Origin: Cyanophyceae cyanobacterium
GTDB lineage: Bacteria; Cyanobacteriota; Cyanobacteriia; Cyanobacteriales; Laspinemataceae
Direction: 5' to 3'
Length of the DNA: 64,000 nucleotides
NCBI GenBank assembly: GCA_038321985.1
Contig: JBBQFN010000018.1
Span: 46,151 to 110,150 of the forward strand
In this document: one piece after another, positions 39,701-50,381 of the stretch
Layout of the letters: each line of letters starts with the position of its first letter
How positions within the stretch are numbered: the first letter of the stretch is position 1
Made by a program: the position numbers and the translations under genes
Notes under the pieces: generated by a model
Told to the model about the DNA's origin: nothing
Databases searched by the model: none
Seen by the model: only the letters and a program-made list of their open reading frames with translations

Positions 39701-40867
39701 ATAGATACTCGGTTGAATCACTGCTTCTAGGGTCACCGTTGTTCCATCTTTTTTGACCCCTACTGCCTCCGATGAACACTGCTGTTTACCCTCACAGCCG
39801 GCTAAAATCAACCCCACCCTATCCCCGGTCAGAATGTCTGACACAAAGCGTCCAATCAATTCCTCTGAGTCATACCCCAACATCTTTTCTAGGGAGGGAT
39901 TCGCCGCAATAATGCGATCGCCCTCATAAAATAAAATCCCTTCGACTGTGGATTCAGCTAAAGTTTTAAACCGCTGTTCACTTGAACGCAGTGCAGCCTC
40001 TGTTTGCCGGCTTTGGGTGATATCTTGGCTAATCTTAGAAAACCCACACAGATTACCGGCTTTATCGTGCAGGGCGGTAATTACCTCCTGGACCAAAAAC
40101 CGGGTTCCATCCTTCCTGACCCGTTCTCCTTCTTGTTGCAACCGTCCCCGTTTAGCGGCTAGTTTTAGATGGCGTTCCGGTTGACCCTCAGCCACCGCTT
40201 CTGGCGGATAAAAACAGGAAAAATGCTGCCCAATAATCTCTTGTGCATGATATCCTTTGAGGCGTTTCGCTCCGGGGTTCCAACTACTCACGCGCCCCTG
40301 GGGATCGAGCATATAAAGTGCATAATCCTCAACTCCTTCTACCAATAAACGGAAGCGTTCTTCGCTTTGGAGAAAAGATTCTAGATGTTGTTGCACTGCA
40401 CGCGCACTTTGGATAGACTGTTTTTTCTCCTTTTGCAATGAACTCACGGAGACTGCCATTGCCGACCCCTCCAAGAAAAATAAAATCAATCTTAAGGTTT
40501 GCCCTGGAGGTTTATCGACAAAGGAATAGAGGGGAGATAAAAATAAGTAATCGCTGGTTAATGCTGCCAAAATTGCTGCCCCAATTCCCGGGGCCCTGCC
40601 GCCATACCAGGCACTTACCATAATCGCAGCAAAATACAGCAAAAATGGGGTTTCCATTTCCATGAAAGGTGCTATAGCGATTTTAATCCCTGTAGCAAGG
40701 GCGACGCTTCCGAGTGCGATTCCATATTGCCGCAGGAATTTTGAAAAAGGCTTTGAATGTTGATTTTCAGGGCGACAAAGGTGGCGCAGTTTGCTCAATA
40801 GTCGCCGTAAGAAAGCTGGACCTAATTTGATCATGATTTGGAGGAAGCTGGAGCTTAGGGATGGCAC
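36719..40867 (-). CDS. Hybrid sensor kinase: DUF4118-like TM + multiple PAS + GAF + HK + REC
   Basis: AWYGG TM motif, about five PAS/PAC domains, GAF, SHELRTPL and a receiver domain. Confidence 0.9.
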   Translation of the reverse strand: MPSLSSSFLQIMIKLGPAFLRRLLSKLRHLCRPENQHSKPFSKFLRQYGIALGSVALATGIKIAIAPFMEMETPFLLYFAAIMVSAWYGGRAPGIGAAILAALTSDYLFLSPLYSFVDKPPGQTLRLILFFLEGSAMAVSVSSLQKEKKQSIQSARAVQQHLESFLQSEERFRLLVEGVEDYALYMLDPQGRVSSWNPGAKRLKGYHAQEIIGQHFSCFYPPEAVAEGQPERHLKLAAKRGRLQQEGERVRKDGTRFLVQEVITALHDKAGNLCGFSKISQDITQSRQTEAALRSSEQRFKTLAESTVEGILFYEGDRIIAANPSLEKMLGYDSEELIGRFVSDILTGDRVGLILAGCEGKQQCSSEAVGVKKDGTTVTLEAVIQPSIYLNQPVWMASVRDISDRKRAEAELQQTLKELSDFQLALDKSAIVATTDAKGIIHYVNDKFVEISKYSQSELIGQDHRLVNSGYHPKSFFINLWSAISRGEVWRGEIKNRAKDGSYYWVDTAIVPFLDNQGKPFQYLAIRYDITQRKQTEEALRESEKRFRDMADTAPVLLWVADCEGQWTFLNKWGLDFLGGILATEPDLNRRDRIHPEERSQCVLSYQQAVKTGQPFTQEYRLQRYDGAYRWMLETGVPRLNPEGQLVGFIGSAIDITPQKQAEIERIQLLQLEQAARTQAEASEQYYRFLSEAIPQMVWTAEPDGTVDYLNQRWSQYTGLSHSQLLGWGWEPALHPDDLPECRSRWLACLESGEPYEIEVRMRRASDGAYRWHLVLAVAMRDQQGAIIKWFGTNTDIHERKQAQQERMELLKREKAARILSERSTAMVQRLQAIVDVAIAPLSLHDLLQELLDRVTMVLEVDAAVILLVTEDQRSLVVTATKGLDLIDPSLLSNVPIPIGLGFAGTIAQTRQPMRIDRDASSRVLSPLFRHKKIQSIMGAPMLLEDQVIGVIHVSTESPREFMTEDVYLLQLVADRIALAIDRANLFEAQQQACDRAEKANRLKDEFLAIVSHELRTPLNSILGWAQLLRTRKLKEDTQHKALETIERNAKHQVTLIDDILDVSRIVQGKIRLSRVSLYLETIAEQAISTLTPAAEAKSIQLEAEFNANGLPILADSSRLHQVVWNLLSNAVKFTPAGGKVTVTINRLGDHIEFRVQDTGIGISPEFLPHVFEGFRQANSSSTRTHGGLGLGLTIVRYLVELHGGTVQVFSQGEGTGATFTVTLPLGVLPKDASLDGDSPEWGENFLGNRSLNLAGLQVLVVDDDHDTGELVATVLAEYGVQTTVVLSAADALVAIERSRHDILISDIGMPDEDGYVLMRKIRQREAAHGKEIPAIALTAFAREEDRQQALMAGFHLHVAKPVDPLKLANALAEIAKKTGLI

Positions 40868-41173
40868 GATTAAGGCGCGAACCCGAGAACGTTAAGAAAC
40901 CCTTTCATTAGAGAGATGCTTTTTTCTCTTTTGTGTGCTAATAGCCCTTTTTAAGTTAGACCTGAGCCTCTTTTTCGTTCTATCCTTACTATTTTAGAAT
41001 TGGGAGTTGATTTCTGGGGAAAATCAGCTAAACCCCAGTTGATTCGGGATAAATAAGAAAATATACTTAGTTTAGCGGGGAGAATAGGTATCCGTCAAAC
41101 TCCTCTGGGGTAAATTTTAAGTAGACTAGAATCGCGTCAAGTCCGAATTAATGAATCGGGAGTTGGAAGGGCA

Positions 41174-42487
41174 ATGAATGAAATTTTGACAGGCCAATCC
41201 TTACCTCGGAGACCACATTTAGTTACCCCCCTGCCGGGACCCCGCGCTCAAGAAATGGTCAAGCGCGATCGGGCGGTTACTTCTCCCTCCTATACTCGGG
41301 GATACCCATTAGTCGTGGCCCGGGGGGAGGGCTGCTCGATCCAAGATGTAGATGGAAATGTATTTTTAGACTTTACCGCAGGCATCGCGGTGACGGCAAC
41401 GGGACACGCTCATCCGGCGGTTGTGCAAGCAATTCAAGCTCAGGCGGCCACTTTGCTGCATATGTCGGGAACCGATTTTTACTATGAACCCATGGTGGAA
41501 CTGGCGGAACAGTTAGGAAAACTGGCCCCCTTTCCCCAAGGTGCTCGGGTATTTTTTAGCAATTCCGGGGCGGAATCTAACGAAGGGGCGCTCAAATTAG
41601 CCCGGTATGCTACAGGACGTGCTCAAGTTGTGGCCTTTCTGGGGGCGTTCCACGGACGGACATTCGGGGCCATGTCCCTAACTGGGTCAAAAGCGGTACA
41701 ACGCCAAGGATTTGGGCCGTTGTTACCGGGGATTACCCATATTCCCTATGGCACTCATGCCAGTTTAGATTATCTAGAGTTTCAGTTATTTAAGACTGTA
41801 TTACCCCCGGAGGAATTAGCGGCGATCGTGGTAGAACCGATTCAAGGGGAAGGGGGATATTTGGTCCCAGAAGATGGATTTTTAGCCCGGATTCGGGATA
41901 TTTGCACTCGCCATCACAGTTTGATGGTGGTAGATGAAGTACAATCGGGCATGGGTCGCACGGGCAAGTTGTTCGCCGTGGAACATTGGAATGTTATGCC
42001 CGATATCATTACCCTTGCCAAAGGGATTGCCAGTGGGTTACCCCTGGGGGCGATTCTCTCTCGTCCAGAACTGATGACTTGGCCTCCTGGTTCTCACGCT
42101 ACTACGTTTGGGGGGAATCCGGTTGCTTGTGCTGCCGCAAATGCGACGTTGCAAATTCTCACTCAAGGGGCAGTCGCCAATGCAACAATAATGGGAGATT
42201 TATTGCAAGAAGGTTTGAGGAAATTGGCCCAACAGTATCCTCAAATTTCACAACCCCGAGGGAAAGGGTTAATGGTGGCGATCGATTTACTAGATGAAGC
42301 CGGTGATTTCAGCCCATCCTTGCGCGATCGCGCCATCAATGAGGCATTTCATCACGGACTGTTACTGATCGGCTGTGGCAAATCCGCTATCCGCTTTTGT
42401 CCGCCTTTGGTGGTCGATGCCGAACAGATTCAGGTAGCATTAGATATTCTTAACGCCTGTTTCGCGAAACTATTTTCAATAAGGTAA
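41174..42487 (+). CDS. Class III PLP aminotransferase (ornithine/GABA/lysine-type)
   Basis: [34 protein letters not shown] and TFGGNP motifs. Confidence 0.9.
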   Translation: MNEILTGQSLPRRPHLVTPLPGPRAQEMVKRDRAVTSPSYTRGYPLVVARGEGCSIQDVDGNVFLDFTAGIAVTATGHAHPAVVQAIQAQAATLLHMSGTDFYYEPMVELAEQLGKLAPFPQGARVFFSNSGAESNEGALKLARYATGRAQVVAFLGAFHGRTFGAMSLTGSKAVQRQGFGPLLPGITHIPYGTHASLDYLEFQLFKTVLPPEELAAIVVEPIQGEGGYLVPEDGFLARIRDICTRHHSLMVVDEVQSGMGRTGKLFAVEHWNVMPDIITLAKGIASGLPLGAILSRPELMTWPPGSHATTFGGNPVACAAANATLQILTQGAVANATIMGDLLQEGLRKLAQQYPQISQPRGKGLMVAIDLLDEAGDFSPSLRDRAINEAFHHGLLLIGCGKSAIRFCPPLVVDAEQIQVALDILNACFAKLFSIR

Positions 42488-42560
42488 CGTGCTGGGGTGA
42501 TTGCAACGGGCGATCGCCCTGTTCTCCCTCTTTTTATCTCACAATACCAGGAGCTTTCTG

Positions 42561-43517
42561 ATGAAACAAGCATTAGTAGCCCAACAGTTATGGCATCAAC
42601 TCTGGTTAGATTATAGTTACCGTGTCCCCTACGCCCGGATTTACCAGGAGGCCATCACCGCAGCCGGAGGAACCGTTGCTAATGATCATATCGCCTTTCG
42701 TTCCCTGGGAATGGCGATCGAAACCGCAGTCGGGACGGTGGACTTAGGGATCACTCACCTGGGACGGGTTTTAGATGGGTTGGGTTATGTGCAGATGGGA
42801 GAGTTATCTTTCCCCACGCAACACCTGTATGCGCGTTACTATGGACATCCCCAACAGGACCGCTTTGATTTACCCAAAATATTTATCAGTGAATTAATCG
42901 TGGGTCAGTTTCCCCCAGAAGTGCAGTCGTACCTGGAAGAAACTGTGCAGTCCGGTTTAAATTTGGAAGAGTTATTAGAGTGTCAATCTGCCCTGAGTGA
43001 TTTAGACAAACTAGAGACAAAACAGACCGAAGCAGCCGAACTTCACACCCTTGTTAAGCGACTGAAATTCCTATTTGGGCGTCCCTGGATGCCACCGCTA
43101 CAGTCGCACCTGGAAACCATCAATACCTTTAGTCAGTACGGGGCATGGGTGTTGCTGCATGGGTATGCCGTCAATCATTTTACCGGCTATGTGAACCGCC
43201 AGAATACCCCCCTTTACCCAGATATCGAAACCACCGCCCAAGCACTCCGTGACTGGGGAATTCCCATGAAAGCAGAGATCGAAGGCAGTGCCGAAGTTGG
43301 ATTACGCCAAACTGCAACCGAGGCAGTACAGGAATTTGTACCCGTCCGCAATCAGTCCGAGGGGCAATTTATCCAAATTCCCTGGACTTATGCTTATTAT
43401 GAAATCGCCCAACGATTTGCAGTTGAAATTACACCGGGAAACCCTCAACTTTTTGAAGGATTCCTAGGTCCTAATGCCGCCCAACTCTTTGAAATGACCC
43501 GTTCTAAGGGAAAGTAG
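42561..43517 (+). CDS. DUF1338 protein (HglS-like 2-oxoadipate dioxygenase/decarboxylase)
   Basis: NDHIAFRS, PKIFISEL, NHFT, LRQTA and YEIAQR (His/His/Glu metal ligands). The ATG at 42561 follows AGGAG. Confidence 0.8.
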   Translation: MKQALVAQQLWHQLWLDYSYRVPYARIYQEAITAAGGTVANDHIAFRSLGMAIETAVGTVDLGITHLGRVLDGLGYVQMGELSFPTQHLYARYYGHPQQDRFDLPKIFISELIVGQFPPEVQSYLEETVQSGLNLEELLECQSALSDLDKLETKQTEAAELHTLVKRLKFLFGRPWMPPLQSHLETINTFSQYGAWVLLHGYAVNHFTGYVNRQNTPLYPDIETTAQALRDWGIPMKAEIEGSAEVGLRQTATEAVQEFVPVRNQSEGQFIQIPWTYAYYEIAQRFAVEITPGNPQLFEGFLGPNAAQLFEMTRSKGK

Positions 43518-43523
43518 GTTGCG

Positions 43524-43557
43524 ATAAATGCCGGGGCTTCAAAACCCCGCCATTTAT
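43524..43557. terminator. Hairpin between the convergent DUF1338 gene and ureC
   Basis: ataaatgccgggg...ccccgccatttat. Confidence 0.5.
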
Positions 43558-43590
43558 TGGGCAAAAGTTACCCCTCGTATTTGTTGTCAT

Positions 43591-45324
43591 TTAAAATAGA
43601 AAATACCGCTGTGCCAAAGGTAACACTTGCGCCGGTTCACAGGTGAGTAACTGACCATCAGCCCACACTTGATAAGTCTCCGGATCGACTTCTATATAGG
43701 GAAGTGTATCATTTAATTTCATATCCCGTTTCCCTAGCTTTCGGGTGTCCGAAACTGCGATCGCCTGTTTTCGCAATCCTAACTGACTCGGAACATCTAA
43801 CTCTAATGACGCTTGGGAGACAAAGGTAAACGATGTGGCAGTCCGAGACCCCCCGAAACTGGCAAACATGGGCTGAGAATGGACGGGTTGCGGAGTCGGA
43901 ATACTGGCATTGGCATCTCCCATTTGTGCGTAGGCGATCGCCCCGCCTTTAATTACCAATTCCGGTTTTACCCCAAAAAATGCCGGACGCCACAAACATA
44001 AATCTGCCAGTTTACCTTCTTCAATCGACCCCACATAGTTAGAAATCCCGTGGGCGACTGCGGGATTAATGGTATATTTAGCAATATAACGCCGCGCCCG
44101 GAAGTTATCATGTTCCGTTGTACTGGGAATGGTATCCTTACGGTCATCGGGGGACAAAAATCCGCGCTGTACCTTCATTTTATGAGCCGTCTGCCAGGTG
44201 CGGATGATGGTTTCGCCCACTCGTCCCATTGCCTGAGAATCCGAGGAAATCATACTAAATGCCCCCAGATCGTGCAGAATATCCTCGGCGGCAATGGTTT
44301 CGCGGCGGATGCGGGATTCGGCAAAGGCGACATCTTCGGGGATACTACGATCCAGGTGGTGACACACCATCAGCATATCCAGATGTTCTTCTAAAGTATT
44401 AATTGTATAAGGACGAGTGGGATTAGTGGAAGAGGGCAGTACATTTTTTTGTCCGCAAACCTTGATAATATCCGGGGCGTGTCCACCACCGGCCCCTTCT
44501 GTATGGTAAGTATGAATAGTGCGGTCTTTAAAAGCAGCGATCGTTTGTTCCACAAATCCGGCTTCGTTGAGGGTGTCGGTATGGATGGCAACTTGCACGT
44601 CATACTCATCGGCAACGGTGAGACAAGTATCGATCGCCGCAGGAGTTGTTCCCCAGTCTTCGTGCAGCTTTAACCCCATCGCCCCGGCGAGTACCTGTTC
44701 TACAAGGGCACGAGGTTTGCTGCTGTTACCTTTCCCCATAAATCCCAGATTAACAGGGAAGGCATCTGCCGCTTGTAACATCCGGTGAATGTTCCAAGGG
44801 CCAGGGGTACAAGTGGTGGCATTGGTGCCTGTGGCGGGTCCGGTTCCACCCCCTAGCATGGTGGTAATTCCCGAGGCGATCGCCACTTCAATCTGTTGGG
44901 GACAAATAAAGTGAATGTGCGCGTCAATTCCGCCTGCGGTGAGAATCATTCCTTCCCCGGCGATCGCCTCCGTTCCCGGACCGATAATAATATCTACATT
45001 ATTTTGGATGTAAGGATTTCCCGCCTTACCAATTTTAAATATTTTGCCATTTTTTATCCCAATATCGGCCTTAACGACCCCCCACCAATCCAGAATCACT
45101 GCATTGGTAATTACCAAATCCACGGCCCCACTCTCGTTAGAAATGGGGGATTGTCCCATGCCGTCCCGAATCACTTTTCCGCCGCCAAATTTTACTTCGT
45201 CACCGTAAGTGGTAAAGTCCTGTTCGACTTCGATAAATAATTCAGTATCGGCTAAACGGATGCGATCGCCCACGGTTGGACCGTAGGTTTCTGCATAAGC
45301 GCGACGATCCATTTTATAACTCAT
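43591..45324 (-). CDS. ureC: Urease subunit alpha
   Basis: [24 protein letters not shown] and SDSQAMGR motifs. Confidence 0.99.
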   Translation of the reverse strand: MSYKMDRRAYAETYGPTVGDRIRLADTELFIEVEQDFTTYGDEVKFGGGKVIRDGMGQSPISNESGAVDLVITNAVILDWWGVVKADIGIKNGKIFKIGKAGNPYIQNNVDIIIGPGTEAIAGEGMILTAGGIDAHIHFICPQQIEVAIASGITTMLGGGTGPATGTNATTCTPGPWNIHRMLQAADAFPVNLGFMGKGNSSKPRALVEQVLAGAMGLKLHEDWGTTPAAIDTCLTVADEYDVQVAIHTDTLNEAGFVEQTIAAFKDRTIHTYHTEGAGGGHAPDIIKVCGQKNVLPSSTNPTRPYTINTLEEHLDMLMVCHHLDRSIPEDVAFAESRIRRETIAAEDILHDLGAFSMISSDSQAMGRVGETIIRTWQTAHKMKVQRGFLSPDDRKDTIPSTTEHDNFRARRYIAKYTINPAVAHGISNYVGSIEEGKLADLCLWRPAFFGVKPELVIKGGAIAYAQMGDANASIPTPQPVHSQPMFASFGGSRTATSFTFVSQASLELDVPSQLGLRKQAIAVSDTRKLGKRDMKLNDTLPYIEVDPETYQVWADGQLLTCEPAQVLPLAQRYFLF

Positions 45325-45981
45325 TCACCTTTCCTCACTCCAGGCTTGCCCATCATTTTAGGGTTGCAATTAGTTTATCCCATTTTACAGAGAATTAAAC
45401 GGAGTTAGAAAAAAGCCTCACCCTAGAAGATTTAAGGGGATGATGACATCCGGAAAGTGCCTTCCCGGTGGAAGCAACGGCATAACAGTTTCACAAACGG
45501 ACTATCCGGATTTAGCCTTTACCTCTTGAAACACGGGCTAGGTATTGGGCCTCAATTACGGGCATTAAACATTGGAATTATCATGATATTTCCCAGAATT
45601 AAACTCAAAATCGCCTACTTTTTTGCCGCCTTCTTAACTTTTTTATTCACCGTAAGAAGTCCCGCCTAATGCGGCAAGCTGTTGGGGTTACCCAATCCCT
45701 CGGATTTTCCTTCCTCATAGAGATAAATTTGGAAATGTGAATCTGGGTATCAGGCAGGAAATTTTAACCGGGGCGCATTGTCAGTGATTTAGATCACTAA
45801 AATTCCCATAAACGATCGCTATTTTTAAGGTCCTGTATCACAGTAGATCTCCGAAAAATCACGGATATTAACGGTGAGTCAGGGGAACCCATTCGTATTT
45901 GTACGCAAAATATGAATCGCGTTGAACCGGCAAAATCCCAAAAAGCCTAGAGATTCAGACCGATCAACACGAGGAATTAAT

Positions 45982-46302
45982 ATGAACGTGGTTATTCAGC
46001 CCCAAGGGAATTTAGACTTAAAAGCAGCGGCAATGCTTCAGCAAAGGATTGCTCATTTGGCGTGGGAGAAATACAACCGCTGGTTTATTGATTTAGGGGA
46101 AGTTAGTACCGTGAGTCATTCTGGACTCATGGCATTAGTCACCGCCCATCAACTTGCTAAAAAAACAGGGCGGCGCTTAAGTTTGTGCAACCTCAAAAGG
46201 CCGGTGATGTACCTCCTAGAAATTACAGAACTGGATCGCCGACTCGACATTTTATCCGAAGACGAAGAATTGATGGGGGTGATGGATAAAATCGTATTTT
46301 GA
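45982..46302 (+). CDS. STAS-domain protein (anti-sigma factor antagonist-like)
   Basis: QGNLD, IDLGEV..V.HSGL.AL and LEITELDR. The ATG at 45982 follows GAGG. Confidence 0.8.
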   Translation: MNVVIQPQGNLDLKAAAMLQQRIAHLAWEKYNRWFIDLGEVSTVSHSGLMALVTAHQLAKKTGRRLSLCNLKRPVMYLLEITELDRRLDILSEDEELMGVMDKIVF

Positions 46303-46410
46303 AGTAGGGGCGATCGCCCTGATTAGGGTAGTTCCGGGTAACATTGCGATCGCCTGTCTAGTGTCATCCCTCGCGCTTTCCCTGACTCAGGGTAGGGTTC
46401 GGTTTTCAAC

Positions 46411-47772
46411 TTACACTTCTAGGGGTTCTTTTTCTGGTTCAGGCAGATGATAGTCCCTTCGTTCCTTAATTTCCCTCAACATTTTCTCCTCTTCTCCGGT
46501 AATCAATCGCGCCCCCCGTTTGCGGGTAAAATAATTCCACCCCCACTGAATCATTACAATCAACTTATTGTCAAATTCAATCAAAAAATAAATATGAACA
46601 AAGACCCAAAATAGCCATGCAATAAACCCAGAAAACTCAATAAATCCTAAATCCACCACAGCAGCATGACGTCCAATCACCGCTAAACTGCCAAAATCTA
46701 CATAATGAAATGGCGGACAATTCTTCTGTTTAAGGCGTTCTTTAATCACCTTCGCGACATATTCCCCTTGTTGCATCGCCACGGGCGCAACACCCGGTAA
46801 AGGTTTACCATCTTGATGGGCAAAATGAGCTAAATCCCCAATCGCAAAAATATTGGGATATCCCGGTAAACTTAAATCGGCTTCCACGATCACCCGTCCG
46901 ACGCGATCGCGTTCAACTCCCGTGCGTTTTGCTAGTATTTCCCCTAATCCTGACGCTTTGACCCCTGCTGCCCATAATAAGGTGCGAGTCGGAATAATTT
47001 CCTCACAGTCGCCCCGGCGCACGGTTACCGCATCATCAGTTACATTGGTAACTAGACTATTAGTTTGTACTGTCACCCCTAATCCATGCAAAGATTTCTC
47101 AGCTTTTGCTGAAAGTTCCGGCGGATAGGGAGGCAGAATTCTATCCATCCCTTCTAACAATAAAATTTTCGCTTCCGTGGTGTCAATATTCCGAAAATCT
47201 TCTTTCAAAGTCTTGTGGGCAAGTTCAGCGATCGCCCCGGCTAATTCCACCCCAGTCGGTCCCCCACCGGCGATCGCAAAAGTTAGCCATGCCTGCCGTT
47301 TTTGCGGGTCCGTTTCCTTTTCTGCTGCCTCAAATGCCATAAAAATTCGCCGGCGCATTTCTAACGCATCTTCCACCGTTTTTAATCCGGGCGCTTTTTC
47401 TCTCCAGTGGTCATTTCCAAAATAATGATGACTCACTCCTGTCGCAATAATTAACGTATCATATCGAATTTCTTCCCCCAACAACATCAATTTTTGCTGT
47501 TTTGGGTCAATATCAACCGCTTCTTCCAGCAGCACTTTTGTATTTTTATTTCCACTCAAAACCCCCCGCAAGGGCGAAGCAATATCGGCTGGGGATAGCG
47601 TCCCCGTTGCTACCTGATATAAAAGGGGTTGGAATAAATGAAAATTACGTTTATCAATCAGGGTAACCTGGATCGGAGTATTACCGAGGGACTGGGCCGC
47701 ATACAGTCCCCCAAAGCCTCCTCCCACAATCACCACCTGATGAATCATTTCCGTGGATTTTACATCTACCAT
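46411..47772 (-). CDS. ndh: Type II NADH dehydrogenase (NDH-2 family)
   Basis: GGGFGG, FQPLLYQVATG, GGGPTGVELAG, WAAGV and APVAMQQG motifs. Confidence 0.9.
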   Translation of the reverse strand: MVDVKSTEMIHQVVIVGGGFGGLYAAQSLGNTPIQVTLIDKRNFHLFQPLLYQVATGTLSPADIASPLRGVLSGNKNTKVLLEEAVDIDPKQQKLMLLGEEIRYDTLIIATGVSHHYFGNDHWREKAPGLKTVEDALEMRRRIFMAFEAAEKETDPQKRQAWLTFAIAGGGPTGVELAGAIAELAHKTLKEDFRNIDTTEAKILLLEGMDRILPPYPPELSAKAEKSLHGLGVTVQTNSLVTNVTDDAVTVRRGDCEEIIPTRTLLWAAGVKASGLGEILAKRTGVERDRVGRVIVEADLSLPGYPNIFAIGDLAHFAHQDGKPLPGVAPVAMQQGEYVAKVIKERLKQKNCPPFHYVDFGSLAVIGRHAAVVDLGFIEFSGFIAWLFWVFVHIYFLIEFDNKLIVMIQWGWNYFTRKRGARLITGEEEKMLREIKERRDYHLPEPEKEPLEV

Positions 47773-47862
47773 AGGTCTGATTTTTCCTCTTTTAAAGTTA
47801 ATTAATCCCCTCTTTCCACCGCTAATCCGGAAATAGCCCGATTGAAATTGAGGACTGCTTCC

Positions 47863-47904
47863 ACGTTAAAATAAATTCTTCAAAATTGGGGTAGTGGCTG
47901 TTAC
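47863..47904 (-). promoter_or_regulatory. Canonical NtcA-activated promoter
   Basis: Minus strand GTAACAGCCACTAC-N22-TAACGT equals GTA-N8-TAC-N22-TAN3T. Confidence 0.65.
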
Positions 47905-47916
47905 AGACTTTGAGTT

Positions 47917-48234
47917 TTAGGGCTCTAGGGGACCATTAATTTGACCGTTAAAGCCATATACCTGACGAGTACCCACAAAAGGGACTAATTCTACCTCTCG
48001 CTCATCCCCTGGCTCAAAACGGACCGCCGTTCCAGCCGGGATGTTCAAATGCATTCCTCGGGCTAGATCTCGCTCAAAACTTAACGCTTTATTTACTTCA
48101 AAAAAATGAAAGTGAGACCCCACTTGAATCGGGCGATCGCCTGAATTTGCCACCGGCAATCGCACCACTTCCCGTCCCACATTTAACTCAATTTCTCCAG
48201 TCTTAACGATAATTTCTCCGGGAATCATAATCAC
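47917..48234 (-). CDS. ureB: Urease subunit beta
   Basis: [17 protein letters not shown] and GTAVRFEPG motifs. Confidence 0.98.
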   Translation of the reverse strand: MIMIPGEIIVKTGEIELNVGREVVRLPVANSGDRPIQVGSHFHFFEVNKALSFERDLARGMHLNIPAGTAVRFEPGDEREVELVPFVGTRQVYGFNGQINGPLEP

Positions 48235-48271
48235 CTTTAACTTGTAGAATTACATAGGATTTGAGCTAATT

Positions 48272-48574
48272 TTACCGAATCGGATTATGAACGGTAACCA
48301 GTTTTGTACCATCGGGAAACGTCGCTTCTACCTGCACTTCAGCCACCATTTCCGGCACCCCTTCCATCACTTCCTCTCGGGTGAGTAAAGTTGCCCCATA
48401 ACTCATTAAATCCGCCACCGTTCGACCATCCCTTGCCCCCTCTAAAATAGCAGCAGAAATATAAGCGACGGCTTCGGGATAATTTAATTGTAAGCCTCTA
48501 TTTTTACGCCGTTCAGCGACTAATGCCGCCGTAAAAATCAATAATTTGTCCTTTTCTTGCGGGGAAAGTTGCAT
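48272..48574 (-). CDS. ureA: Urease subunit gamma
   Basis: [17 protein letters not shown] and [14 protein letters not shown] motifs. Confidence 0.99.
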   Translation of the reverse strand: MQLSPQEKDKLLIFTAALVAERRKNRGLQLNYPEAVAYISAAILEGARDGRTVADLMSYGATLLTREEVMEGVPEMVAEVQVEATFPDGTKLVTVHNPIR

Positions 48575-48584
48575 AATAATTCCT

Positions 48585-49448
48585 TCAAAGCGGCCAAACT
48601 CGTGGAGGACAACTCGGACGGCCTATAAAATTGAGACGCAGGAGTTGCCAAACTTCACTAAACCAGTTTCGCACTTCTGGGGTCGAAGATCCACGATATC
48701 GACATAATAATCCGTGAGTGAGTCGGGTGACGCCAGCTTCGCCCTGGGAGGAACTTGAACGCGCCTCCCACCGAGATCGCGCTTCCTGAACCAGTTCCGG
48801 CGTTACGGGTTGCGAAATCCAGGCGAGAGTCGCTACAATCGGGAAGCCGGCTAAACCGTGAGCCGAAGCAACTGCTTCCTCACTGCCTTTGAGGTGTTGG
48901 CGATCAATCCAGAGGGGACGTCCAGCTTGCCAGATTTCTGTCTGCGATCGCCACTGTCCCTGAACAAAAGTTTCCCCCCTAGCACTGCGTCCAAAGCGGT
49001 TAATTTCCCATAAAAGCAAACTCGCACCCGGTGCTAATTCAACCCGTAAATCTTGACGATAAATTGCTCCATTAAAAACAATGCTTTCTTGGGGTAACCA
49101 TTCTAAACAGGCTCCCGATTCAATTTTAATCCTAGTAGTTTGTTCAGCTAATTCTCCCATACTTCGATAAATTTTAGCCGCCGCTGCTGTGGTGATTAAA
49201 GCATGAGTATTCGGCTGAAGGTGGATCGATTGTCGGAGGCCGTCGCCCCCGACAATTCCCCCCGCAGTATGCAAAATAACACTATGGCAGACCCCTTCCC
49301 CTTCCGGATAAAACGGTCGCTGAACTTTCAACGGTGCCGTTGTTTTCACCGAGGAAACCTGGGTGGAATTTCCCGATTGAGCGTAGGCTAACTCTAAGCT
49401 ACCCTGCCATCCCTGAACCGCTTGATTTTCGGTTTGAATATTACTCAC
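48585..49448 (-). CDS. ureD: Urease accessory protein UreD
   Basis: [19 protein letters not shown] and LEWLPQE motifs. Confidence 0.95.
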   Translation of the reverse strand: MSNIQTENQAVQGWQGSLELAYAQSGNSTQVSSVKTTAPLKVQRPFYPEGEGVCHSVILHTAGGIVGGDGLRQSIHLQPNTHALITTAAAAKIYRSMGELAEQTTRIKIESGACLEWLPQESIVFNGAIYRQDLRVELAPGASLLLWEINRFGRSARGETFVQGQWRSQTEIWQAGRPLWIDRQHLKGSEEAVASAHGLAGFPIVATLAWISQPVTPELVQEARSRWEARSSSSQGEAGVTRLTHGLLCRYRGSSTPEVRNWFSEVWQLLRLNFIGRPSCPPRVWPL

Positions 49449-49587
49449 AAGTTCTCGAATTAAGGTTAAAGTTAAAATCTTACTACAGCTAGTTTAAATA
49501 AACTCTATAAACCTTTGAATACGCACTGGAGGAATATCTTCCCAGAGTCCGTGAGCCCAGAAAAATGTCACAAAAGATGAGCTGTTT

Positions 49588-50343
49588 TTAAACAGCGAGG
49601 AATCGTTGAATCACTTCATTACTGAGTTCTTTGGTTGAACCCGAGGCAACAATACCCCCTTTTTGCATGGCATAATACCAATCCGCTTCTCGGACAAAAT
49701 GCAAATGCTGTTCCACTAACAGGACCGAAATTCCCTTAGATTGGATAATCCGACGCACTGCGGCTTCAATTTCTAAAATAATTGAAGGTTGGATACCTTC
49801 GGTGGGTTCATCGAGGATGAGTAAGCGGGGATTTCCCATCAAGGCACGGGCGATCGCCAGTTGTTGTTGTTGTCCACCACTCAAATCGCCTCCCATTCGG
49901 TTTAACATTTTGTTTAAAACTGGAAATAACTCAAAAATTTCATCGGAAATTTCTGGTTTTTTAGGTCGCGTGGGCTGGGCTTCTAATCCTAAAATTAAAT
50001 TTTCTTTTACGGTTAACCGGGGAATGATTTCCCGGCCTTGGGGGACATAGCCGATGCCCATTTTAGCACGGCGATCGCTCGATTTATGGATAATCGCTTG
50101 CCCCTCTAAATAGATTTGTCCCTGGCGCGGTTGCAGTAATCCCATAATCGTTTTTAACAGGGTGGTTTTGCCAACGCCATTGCGTCCAATTAGGCAGACC
50201 ATTTGTCCCGGAGATACGTTCAAGTCTACATCTCGGAGAATGTGACTCTCTCCATAATATACATTCAGTCCCGATACTTGCAACATCCGGTTAGATGAGG
50301 GTTCAATGAGTTTCAATTTTTCCAGATTATCGATTGAATTCAT
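49588..50343 (-). CDS. urtE: Urea ABC transporter ATPase UrtE
   Basis: GRNGVGKT, LSGGQQQQLAIARAL and DEPTEGIQPS. The true start may be the downstream MLQV. Confidence 0.95.
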   Translation of the reverse strand: MNSIDNLEKLKLIEPSSNRMLQVSGLNVYYGESHILRDVDLNVSPGQMVCLIGRNGVGKTTLLKTIMGLLQPRQGQIYLEGQAIIHKSSDRRAKMGIGYVPQGREIIPRLTVKENLILGLEAQPTRPKKPEISDEIFELFPVLNKMLNRMGGDLSGGQQQQLAIARALMGNPRLLILDEPTEGIQPSIILEIEAAVRRIIQSKGISVLLVEQHLHFVREADWYYAMQKGGIVASGSTKELSNEVIQRFLAV

Positions 50344-50381
50344 TAGTTTTATCCTTAATTTTTATAGTGTTTTATTCTGGC

